From assembly GCA_947383945.1 (NCBI GenBank), contig CANDFH010000005.1, forward strand, positions 86,791-121,703: a stretch of 34,913 bases of DNA. Direction: 5' to 3'. Numbering within the stretch: position 1 is the first letter of the stretch; every line of letters starts with the position of its first letter. The DNA comes from an uncultured Lachnospiraceae bacterium. Lineage in GTDB: Bacteria > Bacillota > Clostridia > Lachnospirales > Lachnospiraceae. Under the pieces are notes generated by a model. That model was not told where the DNA came from. It saw nothing but the letters and a program-made list of their open reading frames with translations, and did no database searches. The position numbers and the translations under genes were made by a program. Of this stretch, positions 20,683-29,894 are shown piece after piece.

Positions 20683-21561
20683 CTATTCCTTGATACCGGA
20701 AGATGCCATTGTCTCGATAATATTACTCTGGCTGATAATAAAGATCGCAATCGGCACAACCATCATAATTACCGTTACTGCCGCAGTTGCTCCAGCTCTG
20801 GAAATACCTCCTGCCGCAATCTGGGATAATGCGTAAGGCAGAGTCTTTAGTTCTTCGCTGTAAATGTAATTTGCGCCCTGCGCATTCCACAAATCCTGGA
20901 AGGAAAAGATAATCAGCGTCAGCCATGCAGATTTTACCTGCGGCATTGCAATTCGGAAAAATGTGTGAATCTCGGTCGCACCGTCAATTCTTGCCGCCTC
21001 CAAAAGAGTATCCGGTATCTGCTCCATAAACTGTTTCATCAGGAACAGACCGAGCGGTTTTGCAATCGCAGGAACAACGATCGCTACATAATGGTCAAGC
21101 CATCCGATCTTGCTCATAATCAGATAGTTTGGAATCGCTGTGACCTGACCGGAGAACATCAAGGCTGTAACAATAATGCCAAAAATCAGGTTGCGTCCCG
21201 GGAACTTATGTTTTGAGAGTGCGTAAGCGCACATACTGGCAATAATCAAATGACCTGCCGTTCCGGTTACCGTAATAAATACGGTGTTAAATATGTATCT
21301 TGAAAACGGCACCCATGACTCGGACATCAGCACAAACACATCATGGTAGTTTTTTCCCGTAGGATTTCTCACAAACAACCGCGGCGGGAACACAAACAAT
21401 TCCTCAAGTGGTTTTAAGGAGTTGCTGATGGAAAGTACAAGCGGCACAACCATAAATGCACCCATTAAGATAAGAAGGAACATATTCAGGAAATTACCTG
21501 CCGCGGAATGGTTCGGTTTTGCCCGTTTCTTTTTCTTAAAAACTGCTGAAACTGCACTCAT
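20683..21561 (-). CDS. carbohydrate ABC transporter permease (MalG-type)
   Basis: 292 aa, multi-TM. The ATG at 21559-21561 lies 1 nt after the upstream TAA, indicating translational coupling. Confidence 0.85.
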   Translation of the reverse strand: MSAVSAVFKKKKRAKPNHSAAGNFLNMFLLILMGAFMVVPLVLSISNSLKPLEELFVFPPRLFVRNPTGKNYHDVFVLMSESWVPFSRYIFNTVFITVTGTAGHLIIASMCAYALSKHKFPGRNLIFGIIVTALMFSGQVTAIPNYLIMSKIGWLDHYVAIVVPAIAKPLGLFLMKQFMEQIPDTLLEAARIDGATEIHTFFRIAMPQVKSAWLTLIIFSFQDLWNAQGANYIYSEELKTLPYALSQIAAGGISRAGATAAVTVIMMVVPIAIFIISQSNIIETMASSGIKE

Positions 21562-21562
21562 T

Positions 21563-22507
21563 TTATTGACCCACCTTTCGTAACAGGAATTGTACCAGCT
21601 TGTTGCAGAGTATCATAACGATAAACAAGAGCGTGGCGATCGCGGAGGCGTAACCCATCTCAAAACGGATTGAGCCGTAATCGACAAGATGTGAGACAAC
21701 CGTGTGCGCCGCGTAGCTGACGCTTGGGAAACCTGCGAGAGCCGCCAACTGGTCATGGATGGCAAACGACGAAGTAATTGTCATAACCGCACCAAACATC
21801 AGCTGCGGCTTCATGGAAGGAAGTGTGATATACCAAAGTTCCTGAAAACGGTTTTTGATACCATCCATATAACCTGCCTCGTACAAAGTGCGATCCACGT
21901 TCTGCAGACCTGCAATAAAGGACAAAAACCCTGTTCCCATACTCATCCACAAAACAACGACAATCAAAATCGGCTGAATGTACGTCGCATCCTCAAACCA
22001 CAGAATTGGTGAATAAATCGCGCCAAGCTTCATCAGCCAGCCGTTTGCAAAACCGTAAGAGTCACTGGAAAAAATAAACTTCCAGATAAAATACGCCTGC
22101 CCTGAAATTGTTGGGGCATAAAAGATCAGCGTCATAATCGCGCGCAGCACCGGTCTTTTGATCTCATTGATCATCCATGCGATAATCAGCGCCATAAAAT
22201 AGCCGATCGGTCCGGTAACAACTGCAAACAGGAATGTATTCTTTACTGCCGTCAAAAATACATCGTCCGAAAAAAACAAATTTATATAGTTCTGCCAGCC
22301 GATAAACCGCGGCGATTCGAGTACATTGTAGTAGGTGAAGCTCAATCCCATCGAAGTCACGACCGGAACCAGATAAAATACCGTAAAAATAATGCAGTAT
22401 GGAGCAATAAACAAAAACGATATTTTCGATTTTTTCATCTGCTTCCAGGTTGCTTTCCACCTTCTTGCAATATCTGCTTTCAGAACATGAATCAAACCCT
22501 TCTCCAT
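21563..22507 (-). CDS. sugar ABC transporter permease (MalF-type)
   Basis: 314 aa, multi-TM. ATG at 22505-22507. GAGGT RBS. Confidence 0.85.
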   Translation of the reverse strand: MEKGLIHVLKADIARRWKATWKQMKKSKISFLFIAPYCIIFTVFYLVPVVTSMGLSFTYYNVLESPRFIGWQNYINLFFSDDVFLTAVKNTFLFAVVTGPIGYFMALIIAWMINEIKRPVLRAIMTLIFYAPTISGQAYFIWKFIFSSDSYGFANGWLMKLGAIYSPILWFEDATYIQPILIVVVLWMSMGTGFLSFIAGLQNVDRTLYEAGYMDGIKNRFQELWYITLPSMKPQLMFGAVMTITSSFAIHDQLAALAGFPSVSYAAHTVVSHLVDYGSIRFEMGYASAIATLLFIVMILCNKLVQFLLRKVGQ

Positions 22508-22521
22508 TTCATACCTCGTTT

Positions 22522-22554
22522 CTATATAACTGCGGTTTTAAGCCGCAGTTATAT
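22522..22554 (-). promoter_or_regulatory. perfect 13-bp inverted repeat stem-loop between the solute-binding-protein gene and the permease genes (mRNA stabiliser or attenuator candidate)
   Basis: TATATAACTGCGG-TTTTAAG-CCGCAGTTATATA. On the mRNA it sits immediately 5' of the permease RBS and has no U-tract. Confidence 0.55.
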
Positions 22555-22618
22555 ATCGATGATTGACTTGATTTTCAAACTATATTATTTTGAACTTATG
22601 TCAGTGTCCGTCTTATTT

Positions 22619-25501
22619 TTATTCCAGACCAAACTCAATACGCTTGTTTGTAATCTCATTATTGATTGTCTTAACATAATCCTCAAGCGTTTCTCTCGGA
22701 TCCTCCTTGGTGTTATACACTGCATAGAATGCATTTTTCACATGGCGCTCTGTAAAATATCCGCCTGGAATCTCCGGCACGACCTTCACCCATTCCATCT
22801 GAGCTTTCAGCTGTTTTAAATCCCTGCTGGTCCACGGCAGATTTTCCAGCGCCGCTGTATTTGCCGTCGCGACACGTCCCGCAACACCCAGGATATTTTC
22901 AACTTCAATGCCGTAGGAAGTCTGCGTCTCTTCGCTCATCCACCATTTTAAGAATTCCCATGCTCCTTCTTTGCGCTTGGATGTATCCAGAATAATAACC
23001 GCCGACTGCCCTGCTAAAACAGAGTGATCAACATTGCCCGATTCATCTTCGTAGCCCGGAACTAACGTAAAGCCCCAAAGCCCCTTGATCTCCGGTGCAA
23101 ATACCGAAAGGTAGCTGTACTGCGTATAATCTGCGATTGCCAGCGGCATCTCGCCTGTTCGGAAACGGTTTGCAAAATCATAAGTAACCGGCATACGGTA
23201 ATCAACATAATTACTCGTCCACTGCGTGAAGGCCTGCACCGCTTCCTCTGTATCCAACCCGCTCGCCTTACCGTCCGGCGAATAATAAGAACCGCCATGC
23301 TGGTACAAACACATACCATAAGAAGAATAATCAGGACTGATACCAATGTTCATATTATTTTTCTGTATCACTGCCAGACACTCATAGAACTGATCCCAAG
23401 TCCGCGGCACGGTTAAACCAAGCTCTTTTAAAATATCCGCCCGATAAAACAGCATCGGGAAAGAGGAGGTCTGCGGCAGTGCATAAACGCCGTCGTTCAG
23501 CCGGAACATATCGAGCGCATTGTCAAAAAATCTGCTGGAAACTTCGTCAAAGTCATCAAACTGCGTCAAATCTGCCGCCGCTTTGCGGAGCGCGTAATTG
23601 ACCGGCTCTTTACTTCCAACTCCCAGCGCAACGTCAGGTCCCTGACCGGCAAGTGTTGCGGACAGCAGGATATCGCGGTTTACAAGTTTTACATTGACTG
23701 GGATTCCCTTTGCTTCCACAAAGTAATTGTCCACAAGATTTTTTAAAACGGTCGCCTGGTCACGCCCGGAACCGCTCGCACTTGCTGCCGCCGATGCGTC
23801 TGCAAGCATCCATACTTCAACAGTGCCGCTGCCGTACACATTACCGATGCTTTCATAATCTTCTGTAAAGCTTGCGATAAACGCACGCCACTCATGCAGC
23901 ACCTTCTGCCAGAATCCTGCCTTTGCTTTTGGCAGTTTTGCATCCGCCTGCTGCAAGAGCAGATAATCAATCTGAAGCGGCTGTTCCTTCATCGAGAGCG
24001 TCCAGGAACCAAGCGAAATAATATTATCTTTAAATGCCGACCACTGTTTCGCGATGGTTGATGGCTTCTTGGACATATTTCCAAGCTGGATAATCAGGTT
24101 GTCAAGCGCTACAGACTCACTTCCGCTGGAACCTTTCGCGTAAGCCTTCACCCGCGCGGATAAGTTCTCAATAATCTGGTGCTGTTCTTTTAAGATTGCA
24201 AGAGCCTCTGGCGTCTTGATGTCAAGCTGATAGTCTCTGAGAGAATCCGGCGAGGAGCCAATTACCATAAGCAGCTGCCTGTATGCCTGGTTCAGTTCAA
24301 AAATACTGTTGTCCGCCTCGTTTAGAATCTGAGCCATCTCCTCGCCCAGCGCAACTTCCAGAGTCAAGGTATGAGTACCTGCCGTCAAATAAAAACGATA
24401 ACTTTCCTCATCACTGCCAAACGTTGTGACATCCCAGTTGTTATCATAGTAAAATCTTAATTCTGCCGCCTCCTGAAATGGAAGTTCCCCATCAATGGAA
24501 AGCGAACGTACCACAGTTACACCCTGCTTTATACTCTGCTTGTATTTCGCTGCAATCTCATAAAAACCATCCTCTGGAACCGACACTTCCCATGTAATCC
24601 ACTGCCCTGTCTGGTTCCAGTTGTTTCCGCCGATGCTGTTCATTCGAATCTTGGACGGATGATACGGCTCAGTGAGCGGCGAAGTTCTGTCGTTCACCGG
24701 GTAGAGCGTGGAATCGGACTTATATACTGCATCCTCGCCCTGAATTTTAACAGCCGCCGCCAGAGCGACATCCTTTGCTCCTTTCGCCGCTGCCGCCGCG
24801 TAATAATCCGCATAGCTTGGAATTTCCGGCTGTTTTGACAAAGTAATCGCGCCGACTGCCATCGGCTCTTTGATTGAGGTTAAAGAAATGGTGTTTGTTC
24901 CTTTATTAAAATAAAAATAGTATGCGTCCGACTCATATCCCGAACTATCCTCGCACCATGCGCTGCGCCAAATTCTCTCCTCGACCTGCGTCGGTCGGAT
25001 ATCATTGCCGCGCGCGTCCATTCGAACCTCCGTCTCATTTTTCCAGACCCTTGTAAACTCCAGAGACTGCGCCCCGTCAAACGGAAGTTCTCCATTGATA
25101 CGAATCTCCCGCTCAATTGTATTGCCCTTGCCTTCCGTCGGATAATAGTCAAGTTTTACCTGGTACAGTCCCGCTTCCGAAACATCAAACTCCCAGACAA
25201 TCTCACCTTCCTCCGCGGTCAGTGCAACGCTTCCGGCAAAACCTTCATAATTATCCTGACGCGAAAATCCTGCGTCCGCCGTTTTGTAATCGCCGCCTGC
25301 AATCCTTATTTCGCCTGCTGGATATCCTGCATCCGAATGGTCTGCCAAGTAATCCCGGTAGCTTTTTGTATCGTAAACGATCGACAAAAGCTCATCTTCC
25401 TGCTCCGTTTCACCCGCAGCCTGCATAGGTCGTGGGAACGCAAGTACCGCAAACGCTGCCGCCAGCAACCCTGCTTTCAACTTTCTTTTCATTGCCATCA
25501 T
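22619..25501 (-). CDS. giant extracellular solute-binding protein with N-terminal tandem beta-sandwich (carbohydrate-binding-like) modules
   Basis: About 960 aa from the ATG cluster at 25490-25501 (MMAMKRK...). AAGGGGG SD. Signal peptide MKRKLKAGLLAAAFAVLAFPRPMQAAG. Two internal repeats (INGELPFDGAQSLEFTRVW / IDGELPFQEAAELRFYYDNNW). The C-terminal ~430 aa resemble a family-1 sugar-binding domain. The N-terminal 17 aa of the ORF track were rejected. Confidence 0.7.
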   Translation of the reverse strand: MMAMKRKLKAGLLAAAFAVLAFPRPMQAAGETEQEDELLSIVYDTKSYRDYLADHSDAGYPAGEIRIAGGDYKTADAGFSRQDNYEGFAGSVALTAEEGEIVWEFDVSEAGLYQVKLDYYPTEGKGNTIEREIRINGELPFDGAQSLEFTRVWKNETEVRMDARGNDIRPTQVEERIWRSAWCEDSSGYESDAYYFYFNKGTNTISLTSIKEPMAVGAITLSKQPEIPSYADYYAAAAAKGAKDVALAAAVKIQGEDAVYKSDSTLYPVNDRTSPLTEPYHPSKIRMNSIGGNNWNQTGQWITWEVSVPEDGFYEIAAKYKQSIKQGVTVVRSLSIDGELPFQEAAELRFYYDNNWDVTTFGSDEESYRFYLTAGTHTLTLEVALGEEMAQILNEADNSIFELNQAYRQLLMVIGSSPDSLRDYQLDIKTPEALAILKEQHQIIENLSARVKAYAKGSSGSESVALDNLIIQLGNMSKKPSTIAKQWSAFKDNIISLGSWTLSMKEQPLQIDYLLLQQADAKLPKAKAGFWQKVLHEWRAFIASFTEDYESIGNVYGSGTVEVWMLADASAAASASGSGRDQATVLKNLVDNYFVEAKGIPVNVKLVNRDILLSATLAGQGPDVALGVGSKEPVNYALRKAAADLTQFDDFDEVSSRFFDNALDMFRLNDGVYALPQTSSFPMLFYRADILKELGLTVPRTWDQFYECLAVIQKNNMNIGISPDYSSYGMCLYQHGGSYYSPDGKASGLDTEEAVQAFTQWTSNYVDYRMPVTYDFANRFRTGEMPLAIADYTQYSYLSVFAPEIKGLWGFTLVPGYEDESGNVDHSVLAGQSAVIILDTSKRKEGAWEFLKWWMSEETQTSYGIEVENILGVAGRVATANTAALENLPWTSRDLKQLKAQMEWVKVVPEIPGGYFTERHVKNAFYAVYNTKEDPRETLEDYVKTINNEITNKRIEFGLE

Positions 25502-25521
25502 CAACCCCCTTCGGCATTCTT

Positions 25522-27585
25522 TTATCGTTTCAGCGTCCATTCCTCCTGCCACTCAATCTTCATATCCGTTCCGTCAAAATCGATTGGAAGCCAGACATAT
25601 CTGGAGTCTGAGAGATTATCGCTGTTCCAGCGGTCGCCCATATAGACAATCGTACCGTCATCGGTCTGAAAAATACAGGTGCTTTGGGAATCAAACGTCG
25701 TCCGCTTATCGTCCCCAATACAAGGATCCCCCTTATCTTCCCACTCTCCGAAAATCTCATCTGCAACCCAGTATCTCGCCTGGTTCGGCGCCCATCCGGT
25801 CGCGCCGGAAGTCATCATATAATACCTGCCGTCTTTTTTTATAATCGCCGGCGCCTCTCTCTGCGCACCCGGATACAGACGAATAAAATCTTTGCCGTAC
25901 ACTGCATTTTCTGGTTCTGTGCAGAGGTAATCATAAGCATCGTTCAGTTTTGATATGTAGATGGTTAAGTTTTCCTCGCTGGAATAGATAATGTACGCCG
26001 TGCCGTCATCATCGATAAAGAGGTTCATATCGCGCGCCATACCCTTGCTTTGCGGATACATATCTTCCTGATCTTCCGGGCAAGTGTTAAGCCGGTAGCG
26101 GTCAACAAAACGGAATGGTCCATAAGGGGAATCACTGACCGCAAGCCCCGCGCTGGCCGCAGCATAATTTGCGCTGCTCGTTTCCGTCGGACCATCGGCG
26201 TGAAACCATATAAGATATTGCTTTGTCTTTTCATTGTAAATCATCTTAGGACGTTCAATTACAGAAGTTGAATCATTGATGCAGCGATATACATTATCGA
26301 GCTGTTCTTTGGTATATCCCGCATAGAGTTCTTTAAAATATTCGTCCGTGTCAAGCTCCTCACGGCTTGTCACATTGCGCATTACAACACCTTCAAATTT
26401 CCAGTTGTAAAGATCGTCGGAACTGTAGGCGCAAATCCCGCCGCGGTAGCCTTTTGTTTTATCCTCTCCAACCCACCACCACTTCTCTGACGATTCGCCG
26501 GTCTCTTTATCGGTCACCGTAAGTTTCTGCACCTGACCGCCGTGCGCCTGTATTTTATTTCCATCCTGATCCTGCCAAATCTTACCTGGTCGAAATGAAC
26601 TATATATCATTTTCTTTTCCAACCCTTCAAATGATTTTTTTAAATTTTCATACGCTGTTCTAATTTCCTGCTCTGAAGCGTTTTCTTTAAGAGCGACCGC
26701 CTCCGTTCTCGACTCGATATATCCGCCGACAGTCGCATCGCGGTATTCTTTTAGTTCCTCGTCGGACAACTCGGTTGCCGAGAGGAGCATCGCGAGCATC
26801 TCCCCATTGTACTCTGGCACTGCCCTCACAATAATATAGCTTATCTCGGGGTTTTTCATCGCATCTTTTCCACGTTTTGAATTATAGATAAATAAATTTA
26901 ACTCTCCGTCCTCTACATCCAATTCAAACGTGCTTTTTATATCTTGAAATTTCAGAATTTTCTGCTCTTCTACAACCTTTTTCCCCTCCGCTTGAATATC
27001 GATGGTTCTCGCGGAAAACGGATTATAAAAACCACATGTCACCTCATAAGTTCCTGCTGGAACTTCAAAGCTGTATCGGTAGCCTGTATCATCATTGTAC
27101 TCGACATTATCGGCAAGCACCCACTTTGCATCTTTGGGACTTTCCCCTTCTGCATCTCCCTCCGCAACCATATAGTCCTGCGGTATATAGCCCCAGATTC
27201 TGCCGCTGTTCTCGTCCGAACCATACTCTTGATCCGGCTTTGTCTGAAACAATCCAAGACCTGTTGAAACGGTATCTGCACGGGAGGCGCAGTTTACAAA
27301 ATAGAGAAGAAAATCATTTTCAAACAAAACTTCTTTGGTCGGGAGAGCCTTGACTTCACCAAGTGGTTTCCCCTGCTGACTTTCTGTCGGCGTTGCTTCT
27401 GGTGAGGGTTCTTCCGGCTTGTTTGTAGGATTTGTCTTTTCATCTTGAACAGCATCCCCCGTTCCCTGCGTTTCTATTGTAGGTTTTGGATTTTCCACAT
27501 CCTCACCCTTCCCGCAGCCTGTCAGCGCAAATACAGCAGCGGCAAGAAATGATAATGACTTTCTGTAGCTCCTCGCTTTCCACAT
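25522..27585 (-). CDS. GH43-like (5-bladed beta-propeller) glycoside hydrolase lipoprotein, first gene of the operon
   Basis: 687 aa. Lipoprotein signal MWKARSYRKSLSFLAAAVFALTGC. The C-terminal ~330 aa carry GH43-type motifs ARDMNLFIDDDGTAYIIYSS and EAPAIIKKDGRYYMMTSG (putative acid Glu). GAGGTGA RBS. Confidence 0.7.
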   Translation of the reverse strand: MWKARSYRKSLSFLAAAVFALTGCGKGEDVENPKPTIETQGTGDAVQDEKTNPTNKPEEPSPEATPTESQQGKPLGEVKALPTKEVLFENDFLLYFVNCASRADTVSTGLGLFQTKPDQEYGSDENSGRIWGYIPQDYMVAEGDAEGESPKDAKWVLADNVEYNDDTGYRYSFEVPAGTYEVTCGFYNPFSARTIDIQAEGKKVVEEQKILKFQDIKSTFELDVEDGELNLFIYNSKRGKDAMKNPEISYIIVRAVPEYNGEMLAMLLSATELSDEELKEYRDATVGGYIESRTEAVALKENASEQEIRTAYENLKKSFEGLEKKMIYSSFRPGKIWQDQDGNKIQAHGGQVQKLTVTDKETGESSEKWWWVGEDKTKGYRGGICAYSSDDLYNWKFEGVVMRNVTSREELDTDEYFKELYAGYTKEQLDNVYRCINDSTSVIERPKMIYNEKTKQYLIWFHADGPTETSSANYAAASAGLAVSDSPYGPFRFVDRYRLNTCPEDQEDMYPQSKGMARDMNLFIDDDGTAYIIYSSEENLTIYISKLNDAYDYLCTEPENAVYGKDFIRLYPGAQREAPAIIKKDGRYYMMTSGATGWAPNQARYWVADEIFGEWEDKGDPCIGDDKRTTFDSQSTCIFQTDDGTIVYMGDRWNSDNLSDSRYVWLPIDFDGTDMKIEWQEEWTLKR

Positions 27586-27664
27586 AAAAAAATCACCTCA
27601 TAATCGCCCAATTATATTGAATCTTTTTCTTCTTTTTTAGTACTTATGCCCTAACTACTTTTTC

Positions 27665-27693
27665 AGTATATACCAAAACTATTGTATTGTCAA
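27665..27693 (-). promoter_or_regulatory. SigA-type promoter (-35 TTGACA, 17 nt, -10 TATACT) for the GH43 / solute-binding-protein / ABC operon
   Basis: Minus-strand read: TTGACA(27688-27693)-17nt-TATACT(27665-27670), about 75 nt upstream of the GH43 ATG. Confidence 0.6.
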
Positions 27694-27860
27694 TCGATTT
27701 ACCTTAATTTTTTTAGATTTCTTTCAGTAATTTTTCACAATACTTTATAAAAAATCACTGGTCAGGGCAAAAAACATACACAGCTCCCAAAGAAACCACA
27801 GTGGGAATCATACATATTTTCAAGGATTAAAACACTCTGAAAAAAACGCTTTATAATAAA

Positions 27861-27897
27861 AATCTGCGGATACTACTCAAACTTCTCAAAACCGCAG
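27861..27897 (-). terminator. terminator-like hairpin (7-bp stem, 21-nt loop, U-run)
   Basis: Minus read: TCTGCGG...CCGCAGA followed by TTTTTATT. Confidence 0.35.
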
Positions 27898-27932
27898 AGA
27901 TAAATTATTCTGTTGGAAGTATGTTCCTGCAC

Positions 27933-27963
27933 AGAAAAAAGAATCCTGCTTCACAGGATTCTT
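27933..27963 (-). terminator. canonical rho-independent terminator
   Basis: Minus read: AAGAATCCTG-TGAAG-CAGGATTCTT followed by TTTTTTCTGT. 10-bp stem, 5-nt loop, U6. Confidence 0.7.
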
Positions 27964-28009
27964 CGCCGCAGTGCATTTGTTTTATAGGACACAATTTCCT
28001 ATAAAATAA

Positions 28010-28110
28010 AAAAGCTGCCGCACAAAGAATGGCATACACAGAATTTTATAGATTGCATTAATACAAAATCCATACTCTGTATATCTTTCTCTTTGTGCGG
28101 CAGCTTTTAT
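28010..28110 (-). terminator. large 18-bp-stem hairpin with about 62-nt loop followed by U-run (complex terminator or structured RNA)
   Basis: AAAAGCTGCCGCACAAAG ... CTTTGTGCGGCAGCTTTT; the minus-strand read is followed by TTTTTTATTTTAT. Confidence 0.45.
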
Positions 28111-28355
28111 AATCAGCAGTCTGTTTTATAACAAAACACTCTTTCAAAATACTGTAGTACTACAGCAGACATTTGCTGCACTTTACAAGTTTTTCAAAAA
28201 GTCATAATATAGAATTTATAGAAATATAAATATTTATTTTTTAATAATTAAAATGCTAAATTTATATATTTCTTCTATAATATTTCTTTTTTAAAACAAT
28301 TTAAAAACAAAAACATGCAGACTGGTGTTTCATTTGGAAAACTGCTCTTAACTTC

Positions 28356-29789
28356 TTAAATTTCCACCGGCTCAAACCGTATTCTCATTTTCGGCAGTGC
28401 TGTGATGACGGTGTACGTATTATACAATCCATCTTCCAAAGAAAGGTCATTCTCACCGCTTGCTGGCGGCGCGAATATTTTTAATGATAAATCGCATGCT
28501 TCTTTTAAAGGCTTTTCAAAAAATGCTCCCATCAAATCAATCGTTTTTGCTTTCGGAGATTTATAGAACCACTTTCCATTCAGCTCCAGCATTAAGTTTG
28601 AATCATCTTCAAATGTAACCTCACAGAAATGAGGATTGCAGTCAAAGTGCAATGGGATCGCCAGTCCGTCGGCATCCTCCGCACCGCCCCAGCGCAGTGT
28701 TGCAGGAAGGGAAACTTCCTCCCCGACAGTCATCTCAGGGCTGAAATAATCGTCGTGAATAATCTCTTTGTAAGTGTAAAGCAGCGGCTGCGGAATACCA
28801 ACCTCCGCGTTATTTGGATCTTCAATTTCAAGCCCTAATCTGCCGCGGTCACGGAACTGATACATTGAAAAGTTTGTAAACCAAGCTGCATTTTCCTTCT
28901 TTATCAAATCGCAGAATTCTTTTACCATCGCCGCCTGGTCGTAAGGTCCTGTCACATCTCCATCCGCATTCAGCTCGCTCATCATCATCGGCTTTGCCAC
29001 GCCGCCGGAAAGCTCCTTAAAACGCTCGTAAGTGCGCTTTGTGTAGCGGAAAATGTCTTCGATATCGCCTCTGCTGTGCGATTTGCCGCCGCGTTCTGCC
29101 ACATCGTAAGGCCAGCCCCAGTGAAGTGCAAAATACCGGTCAATCGACCACATATCTGCATCTCTTACAGCTTGTGCAAAATCCTCTTCCTTCTCGATCT
29201 CCGTCTTGCCTTCATCCACACCGCCAGTACATAAAATAGTCTGTACATTCGGCGCATATTCTTTTAAAACTTTGCAGAAACGACTGTAAAATTCACCGAT
29301 TTCCTTGTAGCTGGCACGCTTTGTAAAACTAAACCAATTTCCTGTACATTCATGATTGATGCGCAGCATCATACGGCCAAATGGCTTTAAATCCTTGGCA
29401 ATCGCAATAAGATGCTCATCCGATACATGCGGGTCGATGGTCAATGTCAGTGTTACATCCTGCCCATGCCTGCGGATATCGCGCATACAATCAAATGGTT
29501 CGCCCTCTGTATTTCCGTTCAGACCGCCCTTATAGGTAAAATAATCATCATAAGGATAATCCCACGCAAAAGAAACATTTGGATTTGCATGAACCACGCT
29601 CGCTCTTCCCGGCCATCCTTCATCCAGCGGATAATAGCAGTACATAAGACTGATACTGCGGTGCGGTCTGCCCAAAATCTGCAAAATATAATCCTGATTT
29701 ACATACTCTCCACGCTCGGAGCCATCTCCCAGATCAACCGCGCATTTCGCTTTTCCCTGATGGATGGAATATACTTTTAAATCGCTCAT
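28356..29789 (-). CDS. cytoplasmic hypothetical protein, possibly a TIM-barrel glycoside-hydrolase-like enzyme of unassigned family
   Basis: 477 aa, no signal peptide. GGAAGGG RBS. Motifs LRINHECTGNWF and PMMMSELNADGD loosely resemble clan GH-A acid/base and nucleophile strands (speculative). Last gene of the kinase-GH94 operon. Confidence 0.4.
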   Translation of the reverse strand: MSDLKVYSIHQGKAKCAVDLGDGSERGEYVNQDYILQILGRPHRSISLMYCYYPLDEGWPGRASVVHANPNVSFAWDYPYDDYFTYKGGLNGNTEGEPFDCMRDIRRHGQDVTLTLTIDPHVSDEHLIAIAKDLKPFGRMMLRINHECTGNWFSFTKRASYKEIGEFYSRFCKVLKEYAPNVQTILCTGGVDEGKTEIEKEEDFAQAVRDADMWSIDRYFALHWGWPYDVAERGGKSHSRGDIEDIFRYTKRTYERFKELSGGVAKPMMMSELNADGDVTGPYDQAAMVKEFCDLIKKENAAWFTNFSMYQFRDRGRLGLEIEDPNNAEVGIPQPLLYTYKEIIHDDYFSPEMTVGEEVSLPATLRWGGAEDADGLAIPLHFDCNPHFCEVTFEDDSNLMLELNGKWFYKSPKAKTIDLMGAFFEKPLKEACDLSLKIFAPPASGENDLSLEDGLYNTYTVITALPKMRIRFEPVEI

Positions 29790-29894
29790 TTTATTTCCCT
29801 TCCAGGCAAAGCAAACCTGAAAATTATATCAGATATCTGCTCTGCCCCTATATACTTATGATTTATCAGATTACTCTGCAGCACTTATAAAAAA

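Noticed and set aside
19164-25552. Longer N-termini predicted for the NHL protein (531 aa) and the giant solute-binding protein (977 aa)
   Set aside because: The extensions lack signal-peptide character and precede good RBS / signal-peptide combinations (MKNSKKK..., MMAMKRK...). The shorter forms were chosen.
16195-26271. Numerous 60-160-aa ORFs on either strand inside the large genes (e.g. 17050..17358 +, 23062..23346 -, 24880..25152 -, 26025..26234 -)
   Set aside because: They are embedded in long, well-supported CDSs. They have Arg/Cys-rich or low-complexity translations and no RBS.
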